Below, one piece after another: positions 27,167 to 34,835 of a stretch of 64,000 nucleotides of DNA (position 1 is its first letter; each line of letters opens with the position of its first letter). The notes beneath the pieces were generated by a model, which had not been told where the DNA came from, made no database searches, and saw only the letters and a list, made by a program, of their open reading frames with translations. Both the position numbers and the translations under genes were made by a program. Source of the stretch: Fibrobacteria bacterium (lineage in GTDB: Bacteria > Fibrobacterota > Fibrobacteria > UBA11236); the NCBI GenBank assembly GCA_021155885.1, contig JAJNBB010000002.1:2929-66928 (forward strand), written 5' to 3'.

Positions 27167-28969
27167 CTAAGGCTCGATCCAGCGGCCGTGGGACTTGATC
27201 AGGTTGACCAGCGCCTCGGGAGCCTCGTCCTCGGGGATGTTCTTCTGCACGCATTCACGGCCCACGTACAGGCTCACCTTGTTCGGGGCGCCTCCCACGT
27301 AACCGAAATCCGCGTCCGCCATCTCGCCCGGGCCGTTCACGATGCAGCCCATCACGGCGATGGAAATGTTCTTGAGGTGGGCCGTCTTGCTCCGGATGCG
27401 TTGCGTGGTGCTTTGCAGGTCGAACAGCGTGCGCCCGCAGCCGGGGCAGGCCACGTATTCCGGCTTCGAGCGGCGCACCGCGGCGGCCTGCAGGATGTCG
27501 TAGGCAAGGTTCAGGCCCGCCTTCACGCCCGCCGCGCTTTCGACGTGGATCAGGTCGCCGATGCCGTCGGCCAGCACCGCGCCGAGGCGCGCCGCCGCGC
27601 CCATGTTGCCCGTGGGGCTGCCGTCGGTGTGGTCGCGCAGCACGATCAAATCCTGGCGCTCCTGCCGGTCGAGCCATGCGGCGAGGTGGCGGTAGGCCCC
27701 CGCCAGGTTCGGCAGGAAGGGGTCGCAGGACCACAGCACGTCGCCTTCGGGAATCTCCACGAGATCCAGTTCGGCCAGGTCGCTGATGCAGATCTCCACG
27801 GGCTTTCCGGCCGGCAGCTTCTCCTCGTGGAGCGCGCCCGCGAACACGGGCCAGGTCTCGCCGTTGATCCACTCCGCCTTGCGGTCGCCCTTCGGCAGCG
27901 CTTCGGACCCGGGATTATGCACGCCCACGGCCACGGGCTCGCGGCCCCCGGCGACCAACGCCCCCAGGTTCACCGGACGGGTGTCGCGGCGCTGGTAGCT
28001 GTAAAAGGAAACGCTCTCGGGAAGCTCCGGCACCGCGGGGTAATGCGCCGTGTCGCAAAGCTTCATCAAGGTCTTCGCCACCGGCACCTCGTGCACCGGG
28101 TCCTCGGTGAGCGACACGCGGATGGTGTCCCCGAGGCCGTCGAGCAACAACGCGCCGATGCCCACCGAGGACTTCAGGCGTCCGTCCTCCCCGTCGCCCG
28201 CCTCGGTCACGCCGACGTGGAACGGGTAGGGCTTATGCGCCCCCGCCGCGAGGCGGTGCGCCAGCAGGCGGTAGGCCTGGATGGCCACGCGCGGGTTGCT
28301 GCTTTTCATGCTGAACACGATCTGGTCGAAATCCTCGGCCTCGCACACGCGCAGGTATTCGAGCGCCGATTCCACCATGCCCTCGATGGTGTCGCCGAAC
28401 TTCCACATGATGCGGTCCGACAGCGAGCCGTGGTTCGTGCCGATGCGCAGGGCCACGCCCCGCGCCTTCGCCTCGCGCACCAGCGGCGCGAAGGCGTCGT
28501 ATACCTTCTGCGTCCCGGTCTCGAACGAGGCGTCATCGTATTCCTTCATCTCCCCCGCGGCCTTCGAGTCCACGAAGTTGCCCGGGTTGATGCGCACCTT
28601 CTCCACCCACTTCACCGCTTCGTACGCGGCGCGGGGCTGAAAGTGGATGTCCGCCGAGATCGGGGCGTCGCATCCCGCCGCCCGCACCTTGGCGACGATG
28701 TCGCGGAGGCACTCCGCGTCCTTTTGCGTCGGGGCCGTGATGCGGATCAATTCGCAGCCGGCTTTCCACAATTCCAGCGTCTGGAACGCGGTGGCGTCGA
28801 TGTCCTTGGTGTTCGTCGTCGTCATCGACTGAACCAAAATCGGGTGTCCCCCGCCGATGACGCGGTTGCCCACGCGCACCGGAATCGTCTCCCGGCGTTC
28901 GGGGGCGAACCGGCTCGTTATATAGGGCGGATTATCGGGGAGGATCGCCCCGGCGGTTTTCTGGCTCAT
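27167..28969 (-). CDS. ispG: 4-hydroxy-3-methylbut-2-enyl diphosphate synthase, long form with inserted A* domain.
   Basis: About 600 aa. N-terminal TIM-barrel motifs (VQSMT, RIGTNHGSL) and a C-terminal 4Fe-4S domain (ACPGCGRT...MGCIVNGPGE) are separated by a roughly 250-aa insertion, as in the plant/Bacteroidota-type GcpE. Start at MSQKTAGAIL. Confidence 0.9.
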   Translation of the reverse strand: MSQKTAGAILPDNPPYITSRFAPERRETIPVRVGNRVIGGGHPILVQSMTTTNTKDIDATAFQTLELWKAGCELIRITAPTQKDAECLRDIVAKVRAAGCDAPISADIHFQPRAAYEAVKWVEKVRINPGNFVDSKAAGEMKEYDDASFETGTQKVYDAFAPLVREAKARGVALRIGTNHGSLSDRIMWKFGDTIEGMVESALEYLRVCEAEDFDQIVFSMKSSNPRVAIQAYRLLAHRLAAGAHKPYPFHVGVTEAGDGEDGRLKSSVGIGALLLDGLGDTIRVSLTEDPVHEVPVAKTLMKLCDTAHYPAVPELPESVSFYSYQRRDTRPVNLGALVAGGREPVAVGVHNPGSEALPKGDRKAEWINGETWPVFAGALHEEKLPAGKPVEICISDLAELDLVEIPEGDVLWSCDPFLPNLAGAYRHLAAWLDRQERQDLIVLRDHTDGSPTGNMGAAARLGAVLADGIGDLIHVESAAGVKAGLNLAYDILQAAAVRRSKPEYVACPGCGRTLFDLQSTTQRIRSKTAHLKNISIAVMGCIVNGPGEMADADFGYVGGAPNKVSLYVGRECVQKNIPEDEAPEALVNLIKSHGRWIEP

Positions 28970-29065
28970 TGTGATTGAAAAATAGGAAATGAAGCGTTGG
29001 GGGTTGCGAGAATGGCCCCAAAAACCGCCCAGGATTCGCGAAAACACAAAAAAACAACGGTGGCG

Positions 29066-30229
29066 CTAGAGCGGCAGGCGCGGGACGCGCACCTCGGTTT
29101 CGGTTCCCCGGTCCGTTGATTTGATTTTAAAGCGCCCATTCACGGAGGCCGCCCGTTCACGCATGCCTAGGAGTCCAAGACCGGCTCGCCGCTTCCCCTT
29201 GGGCAGAGACCCGGAATCGGAGTCAAAGCCTTTTCCATCGTCGTGAATGACCAGCCGAACGCCATCCACGTGCGTCGACAGCCTTATGCTTACGTGACGC
29301 GCCTTGGCATGCTTCTCCACGTTTCTCAGGGTTTCCTGCAGGATCCGGTAGAGCGCCAGTTCGGTATCGGCGGACAGGCGCGCCGCGAGCTTTACGAACG
29401 CCTCTTTGACGGGAATTCCCGTCCGCTTGCAGAACTCCGCGCTGATGTCCTGAAGGCCCGCCGCCAGGCCCAAGGTATCCAAAACGCTGGGCCGGAGATT
29501 GCGGGAGATGCTCTCCACTTCGTCGACCGTAGCGCCGATCATGGCAGAGAGCTTCAGGGCCGCGGCCTTCGACTTTACATCGCGGGCCGTAAGGCCCTTG
29601 GCAAGCACCTTGCTGTAGATGAGGATACCGCAAAGCATTTGCGTGATCGTGTCGTGCAGTTCATGGGAAAGGCGCACGCGCTCCTCTTCCTGCACCTGCA
29701 ATACCCGATGCGTGAGCGCCCTTAACCGCTCCTCGGACTTGTGGGCGCCCGTCATGTCGGTCACCACCATGCTGAGCGTGGCATCCCCGGAGCCGGTCCG
29801 GGAATCGTGATTCGCGATCGGGCGGATCGAAATATTCACGGGTATCTCCGACCCGCCTCCGACCCGAAGTTTCGCCTGCATCTTGAAGCCCGCCCTGCGG
29901 GGCCGCTTGAGAAGGGACCCGAGCACCGCCCGATCCTCAACGGAAAGAAAACGATGGAAAGGTCCGCCCGTAACCTGCTCGAGAGGATCTTTCACCATCC
30001 GGGCAAAGCACTCGTTGGCGTAGAGAATGGTCTTGTTCGCCGTGAGCGTCAGCGCGCCTTCATTCATGGATTCGATAAGCATCCGGTAGGCGTGCCCTTC
30101 TCCCTCCAGGGTGAAAACCTTGGAACCGTCCTTGCCGGCGACCACCACCGTATCCACCTCGCCCATGCGGATGGCGCGCAGCGCTTCTTCCGCTTCCGCC
30201 AACCGGACGCGGAGCCCGGGTGTTTTCAA
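29066..30229 (-). CDS. PAS-sensor histidine kinase of the HisKA_3 (NarL/DegS partner) type; last gene of the kai operon.
   Basis: N-terminal coiled coil, PAS fold (ALTLTANKTILYANECFARMV), HisKA_3 H-box (RLSHELHDTITQML), and HATPase_c (HDDGKGF, GLGLLGMRERA). The start overlaps the kaiB2 stop (ATGA). Confidence 0.85.
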   Translation of the reverse strand: MKTPGLRVRLAEAEEALRAIRMGEVDTVVVAGKDGSKVFTLEGEGHAYRMLIESMNEGALTLTANKTILYANECFARMVKDPLEQVTGGPFHRFLSVEDRAVLGSLLKRPRRAGFKMQAKLRVGGGSEIPVNISIRPIANHDSRTGSGDATLSMVVTDMTGAHKSEERLRALTHRVLQVQEEERVRLSHELHDTITQMLCGILIYSKVLAKGLTARDVKSKAAALKLSAMIGATVDEVESISRNLRPSVLDTLGLAAGLQDISAEFCKRTGIPVKEAFVKLAARLSADTELALYRILQETLRNVEKHAKARHVSIRLSTHVDGVRLVIHDDGKGFDSDSGSLPKGKRRAGLGLLGMRERAASVNGRFKIKSTDRGTETEVRVPRLPL

Positions 30230-30579
30230 GCGGCCGCCTTAGGGGGCGGGATCAGGTCAAGCTCGGCGAACAGTCCGGAAATATTCAGCAGGTTGCCGAT
30301 GAACCGGCGCGCCGGCTTGGGCCGTTCCTTGACAAGGGTCGGCGTGGCAATGATCTGGTTCGCGCGCGCCAACTCGGGCTGCTGATAGATATCGACCACT
30401 TCCAGAACAAAATTGTCCGGAATCTCCGCCTCGCACAAGTGGCGGATCCTGAGCACCGCCTCGCGCGACCGGGTCGTGGCCCCGGCCACGAACAGGCGCA
30501 TGACATACTTTTTGCGAGGCCCCGCGCTCCCGGATTGCGGAGAAGTCCTTGCGACGGGAGGCGTGCGTTTGCGCTTCAT
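30226..30579 (-). CDS. kaiB: KaiB-family protein, copy 2, with a basic N-terminal extension.
   Basis: YVMRLFVAGATTRSREAVLRIRHLCE...FVLEVVDIYQQPELARANQIIATPTLVK matches the KaiB thioredoxin-like core. About 25 extra K/R-rich residues at the N-terminus. Confidence 0.85.
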   Translation of the reverse strand: MKRKRTPPVARTSPQSGSAGPRKKYVMRLFVAGATTRSREAVLRIRHLCEAEIPDNFVLEVVDIYQQPELARANQIIATPTLVKERPKPARRFIGNLLNISGLFAELDLIPPPKAAA

Positions 30580-30583
30580 GGGT

Positions 30584-30895
30584 TCACTCCGGTTTGCCCG
30601 CGAGGCGAAGATCCAGCCCGACCAGGGCCCTTTCCGTATCGGAAAGATTGCCGATGAGCACGCGCACGGGCTTCGGCAATAACCTTACCACCGTGGGAAT
30701 GGCGAGGATCTGGTCGCCTTTGGCCAGCTTGGGATGCTTCCTCAAATCGATCACCCGGATGTGGTAGCGCCCCTTTAGATGGGTTTCGCAAAATTCCTTA
30801 AGATTCGCGAGCGCGATTCCCGATCGGGGCGACTGATCGTTCACATACAGGCGCAATTGCCATTTTTCGACTTGGGCGGTTTTGGCAGGAGTCAT
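30584..30895 (-). CDS. kaiB: KaiB-family protein, copy 1 (canonical length).
   Basis: WQLRLYVNDQSPRSGIALANLKEFCE...YHIRVIDLRKHPKLAKGDQILAIPTVVR. 103 aa. The start overlaps the kaiC stop (ATGA). Confidence 0.88.
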   Translation of the reverse strand: MTPAKTAQVEKWQLRLYVNDQSPRSGIALANLKEFCETHLKGRYHIRVIDLRKHPKLAKGDQILAIPTVVRLLPKPVRVLIGNLSDTERALVGLDLRLAGKPE

Positions 30896-32673
30896 TTTAC
30901 CCTCGGCCTTCCAGGCCTTGCGCGCGCGGCGCGCGGCCCCGCGACCACCTTGGCGTCGGCCTGCCGCAGAATTCCCGAGGCCGCGCGTTCCGTGGTCAGC
31001 AAGCGCGTTTGCGTTCCAACCTGTTCGGCGATGCGCCGCAGCTCCAGGGCCTCCGTCTCATAGTCCTCCCGCAGCCCGCCGATTTGCCGCTCCAGGGCCG
31101 CCCGCTTACGCTCCACGGCGCGCTGAAGCTGCGCCGCTTCCTGCTGGCTCGCCAGGCCGGCGGCCCTCTCCAGGTCTTCCTGGGCCACGCGCGCGGAGCC
31201 CGTCAGCACGCCGCTGGGGCCTATATAAGCGTCCACCAGGTCGATACCCTGGTCCGAAATCAGGAACTCGCGGATCTGGTTCGAATGCGCCATGCCCCGC
31301 GCCTTCAGCACGTAAAGCACGCGGTTGCGTTCGCCGTTGCCTTCGTAGTCCTGAAGCAGGAGCCAAGAGTCCATCAACGAGGACATCGCCGCCTCGCTTT
31401 GTTGCAGGGCATGCCCGCCCTGGGTCAAACTGGTGAAGAGCGAGGTGACTTGCCCGGCCTTGAGGTAGTCAATCAGCCGGGTCACCATGCCTTTGCTTTC
31501 GGAGCCGGTTCCGGCATCCATCAAGCTCGTAATGGGGTCGATCACGACGACATGCGGCTTAAAGGCCGCGATCTCCTTGAACATGGTGGCCAGGTGCATT
31601 TCCAGGCCGTACAGGGACGGTCGCGCCGAATGGAAGCGCAACAGGCCCTTGGCGAGCAGGGGTTCCAGGCGCAGGCCGATGGATTGCATGTTGCGGACGA
31701 TCTGGTTCGGCGATTCCTCGAACGAGAAAAAGAGAACGCGCTCCCCGCGCAGGGCGGCGGCCTGGGCGAAATTGGCGGCCACGATGGTCTTGCCGGTGCC
31801 GGGCGTTCCGGTGAGCAAAATACTGCTGCCGCGAAAGAACCCGCGGCCGCCGAGCATGGCATCGAGCCGGGGAATGCCCGTGGCGATGCGCTCGTTGGAA
31901 ATCCTATGGTTCAATCCCAGCGAGGTGATGGGCAGCACGCTGATGCCGGTCTCGCCGATGAGAAACGGGAATTCGTTGGTGCCGTGCAGCGCCCCCCGGT
32001 ATTTCACCACGCGCAAGTGCCGGGTGGCGATCTGATCGCAGACGCGATGATCGAGAAGGATGACGCAATCGGACACGTACTCTTCCAGCCCGTGACGCGT
32101 CAATTGCTCGCGCCCGCGTTCTCCGGAACCGCGCTCCGCCGTGATCACGGCGGTCACGCCCTTGTCCTTCAGCCAGCGGAACAGCCGCCGCAGTTCGGCG
32201 CGCAGGATGGCCTCGTTGGGAATGCAGGCGAACAGGGCCTCCAGCGTATCCAGGACCACGCGCTTCGCGCCAATGGAATCGATGGCGTAGCCCAGCCTTA
32301 CGAACAGCCCCTCGAGATCGTAATCGCCGCTCTCCTGCAGTTCGCTGCGTTCCAGGTGGACGTAGTCGATGAGGATTTTTTTGCGGCGAACAAGGCCGTC
32401 CAGGTCAAAACCCAGTGACGACACGTTGGCCTTGAGCTCGCCTTCGGTTTCTTCGAAGGACATCAGTACGCCCGGCTCACCGAACATGGCCGCGCCGCGC
32501 ACCAGGAATTCGGCCGCCAAAAGCGTCTTTCCGCAGCCGGCGCTGCCGCATACCAAGGTGGGCCGCCCGCGCGGGAGGCCTCCGCCCGTGATTTCGTCGA
32601 GCCCTTGTATGCCCGTGGGGCACTTGGGCAATTGCCTCACCGGCGGAGCGCGTTTAACGACGCTTTTTTTCAT
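30892..32673 (-). CDS. kaiC: KaiC double-RecA ATPase/autokinase with a roughly 110-aa C-terminal coiled-coil extension.
   Basis: Two Walker A motifs (GSAGCGKT in CI, GTPGTGKT in CII) and conserved catalytic Glu pairs. The CII segment AAMSSLMDSW aligns with the S. elongatus HISTITDT phospho-site loop, giving Ser-Ser at the S431/T432 equivalents. The C-terminus is an Ala/Glu/Arg/Gln-rich heptad region. Confidence 0.92.
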   Translation of the reverse strand: MKKSVVKRAPPVRQLPKCPTGIQGLDEITGGGLPRGRPTLVCGSAGCGKTLLAAEFLVRGAAMFGEPGVLMSFEETEGELKANVSSLGFDLDGLVRRKKILIDYVHLERSELQESGDYDLEGLFVRLGYAIDSIGAKRVVLDTLEALFACIPNEAILRAELRRLFRWLKDKGVTAVITAERGSGERGREQLTRHGLEEYVSDCVILLDHRVCDQIATRHLRVVKYRGALHGTNEFPFLIGETGISVLPITSLGLNHRISNERIATGIPRLDAMLGGRGFFRGSSILLTGTPGTGKTIVAANFAQAAALRGERVLFFSFEESPNQIVRNMQSIGLRLEPLLAKGLLRFHSARPSLYGLEMHLATMFKEIAAFKPHVVVIDPITSLMDAGTGSESKGMVTRLIDYLKAGQVTSLFTSLTQGGHALQQSEAAMSSLMDSWLLLQDYEGNGERNRVLYVLKARGMAHSNQIREFLISDQGIDLVDAYIGPSGVLTGSARVAQEDLERAAGLASQQEAAQLQRAVERKRAALERQIGGLREDYETEALELRRIAEQVGTQTRLLTTERAASGILRQADAKVVAGPRAARARPGRPRVK

Positions 32674-32795
32674 TCGGGGTCCTTTGGAAACGCCACTTCC
32701 AAATACCCCGCCCGGTGAGAAGACGGTATGGGGTCAAACCCTACCCCAGGCGATAAACCGCGTCCGGCGCCCTTCACGCCGCGGGAAGCCGGTTC

Positions 32796-32822
32796 CTTGC
32801 AGGGCGCATCTGAGATGCGCCC
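32796..32822. terminator. Hairpin GGGCGCATC-TGA-GATGCGCCC downstream of the AraC-family gene, separating it from kaiC.
   Basis: Perfect 9-bp palindrome directly 3' of the minus-strand AraC stop. Coordinates approximate. Confidence 0.45.
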
Positions 32823-32825
32823 CAA

Positions 32826-33752
32826 CTATGCGGCCAACAATTGCTTTTTGAACTCCCGCGGCGAGACGCCCTGGATACGCTTGAACGCCTTGGAGAACAC
32901 GAACGGGTCGCCGTAGCCCACGCGCTCCGCGATCGCGTCGAGATTGTCGTCGGTGGCGCGGAGTAAGTCCATCGCGCGCTGGATGCGGAGGCGGGCCAGG
33001 TAATGCCCCGGCGTGTCCGACGCAAGCTTCTTGAAGCGCTGCGCGAACGCCGCGCGCGAAAGCCCCGCCCGTTCGGCCAGCTCCTCCAGGTTCCAGTCCC
33101 GCTCCGGGTGGGCGTGCATCGCCTCGATCGCCCGGTGCAGGTGCGGGTCCCGCAGCGCGCGGCTCCAGCGGCCTTCGCCGGCCCCTTCGCGGTTCACCCC
33201 TTCCCTCTCCAGCCAGTTCCGCAGGATGTAATGGAACATCACGTCAAGCAGGGCCTTCACCACCGCCTCCGAGCCTTCCCCGCCCTGAGCCAGCTCCGCG
33301 GACAACAGTTGCTGCGCGACGTTCAAAGGGCTGTGCGCGGGGATTTCGTTGGACCGGATCACGATCATCTCCGGGAGCTCGGCGAACAAGGGATGGATGG
33401 GCTCCGTCTGGAATTGATAGAGGCCGCAGGTGACCACCGCGAGCGGTGGGACGTCAGTATCCTCGGGCACCGGGAAGGGACCGGCGCGTAGCGCGGTCGG
33501 GGCCTCGGTGACCCTATCCGTGGATACTACGTGGTCGAAGCCGCGGCGGATCAGCACGACATCGCCGCGCTCCAGGCGCAGCGGCGCGTCGAAGCGCGGC
33601 GCGCGGATGTAGGCCTCGCCGTACGTGACGATGTGGAAGCCCATGCTTTGGTTGCACGGCAGTTTCATCGCCCAGGGAGAATGGAAGGCGTGACTGACCA
33701 ATAGGGATTTGCGCAGGCCCGCGGAATTCAGGATGTCGGTCAGCACGTCCAT
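32826..33752 (-). CDS. AraC-family transcriptional regulator (cupin-like N-domain plus HTH_AraC).
   Basis: C-terminal RAGLSRAAFAQRFKKLASDTPGHYLARLRIQRAMDLL...IAERVGYGDPFVFSKAFKRIQGVSPREF is a classic AraC HTH pair. Confidence 0.88.
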   Translation of the reverse strand: MDVLTDILNSAGLRKSLLVSHAFHSPWAMKLPCNQSMGFHIVTYGEAYIRAPRFDAPLRLERGDVVLIRRGFDHVVSTDRVTEAPTALRAGPFPVPEDTDVPPLAVVTCGLYQFQTEPIHPLFAELPEMIVIRSNEIPAHSPLNVAQQLLSAELAQGGEGSEAVVKALLDVMFHYILRNWLEREGVNREGAGEGRWSRALRDPHLHRAIEAMHAHPERDWNLEELAERAGLSRAAFAQRFKKLASDTPGHYLARLRIQRAMDLLRATDDNLDAIAERVGYGDPFVFSKAFKRIQGVSPREFKKQLLAA

Positions 33753-33882
33753 GGGTTAAAAATACGCTTTGTTTAAAAATCCCGCTATAAATATTTAAAG
33801 ACATGTTTAAAGGACATAAAACCATGTTTAATCCACATAATTCCTCATAAATTACCTCCATCACTTCAAACAGGAGGCCATC
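33753..33882. promoter_or_regulatory. AT-rich divergent promoter region between the AraC-family gene and the NmrA-like gene, with direct repeats CATGTTTAA.
   Basis: GC drops to about 30 % in an otherwise roughly 68 % GC window. CATGTTTAA occurs twice, 22 nt apart, plus a TTGTTTAAAAA variant. SD AGGAGG precedes the NmrA ATG. Confidence 0.55.
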
Positions 33883-34716
33883 ATGGCTCAGATTCTGATC
33901 GTCGGCGGTTCGGGTACGGTAGGTTCGGAAATCGTCAAAACGCTTAAGGCCGAAGGACATTCCGTCCGGGTCGCCACCAGCAAGCCCACCACGGAAGCGG
34001 GTAAAATGCATGTGAATCTCCTCACCGGCGACGGCCTCGACGCCGCGTTCGAAGGCGTGGAGCGCGCCTTCTTCCTCTCCCCCGGCGGCTACGCCGACCA
34101 GTACGCCATCTTGGCCCCGCTGATCGCCAAGGCCAAGGAAGCCAAGCTCAAGAAAGTCGTGCTGATGACAGCGCTGGGCGTCGAAGGCGCCGAAGGATCC
34201 CCCATGCGCCGCGCCGAGCTCGACCTCATCGCCTCGGGCATTCCCTACAACATCATTCGCCCAAGCTGGTTCAGCCAGAACTTCGTGAACTTCTGGGGTT
34301 ACGGCATCAAGACTGCGAACACGATCGCGCTCCCCGTGGGCGACGGCAAGGCCGCCTTCATCGACAGCCGTGACATCTCGGCCGTGGCCGCGAAGCTTCT
34401 GACGGACGACAGCCGCAATGGCCAGGAGTACACGCTCACCGGTCCCCAAGCCCTGACGCACACGGAAGTCGCGAAGATTATCGCCGATGCCACGGGCAAG
34501 CCGGTGACCTTCAAGGACATCTCGCCCGACGAACTCCGTCCCGTGTTGGTCGGAGCCGGCATCCCGGCGGACTATGTGGAATTGCTGCTGGTGTTGCTCA
34601 GCTACATCAAGGCGGGGTATACGGGCGCGGTCACGAACAGCGTCGAGGAAATCCTGGGCCGCAAGCCGCGGGACTTCCGGAGCTATGCCAAGGAAGCGGC
34701 GGACAGCTGGAAGTAG
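33883..34716 (+). CDS. NmrA-like / NAD(P)H-binding SDR-family oxidoreductase.
   Basis: N-terminal Rossmann ILIVGGSGTVGSEIV. 277 aa with NmrA-family layout. Confidence 0.8.
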   Translation: MAQILIVGGSGTVGSEIVKTLKAEGHSVRVATSKPTTEAGKMHVNLLTGDGLDAAFEGVERAFFLSPGGYADQYAILAPLIAKAKEAKLKKVVLMTALGVEGAEGSPMRRAELDLIASGIPYNIIRPSWFSQNFVNFWGYGIKTANTIALPVGDGKAAFIDSRDISAVAAKLLTDDSRNGQEYTLTGPQALTHTEVAKIIADATGKPVTFKDISPDELRPVLVGAGIPADYVELLLVLLSYIKAGYTGAVTNSVEEILGRKPRDFRSYAKEAADSWK

Positions 34717-34835
34717 TACCCGTCATCCCCGCCCCCGCCTGCGCGGGGGCAGGCTCCGGCGGGATCCAAGCAACGAAGGGTTAAAAACGAAAAACGCGGG
34801 GCGCCTTGAGCCTCGCGTTTTGCGTTCCCTGTCCC

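Noticed and set aside
26531-28978. 815-aa plus-strand ORF
   Set aside because: Antisense to trmJ and ispG, both strongly supported.
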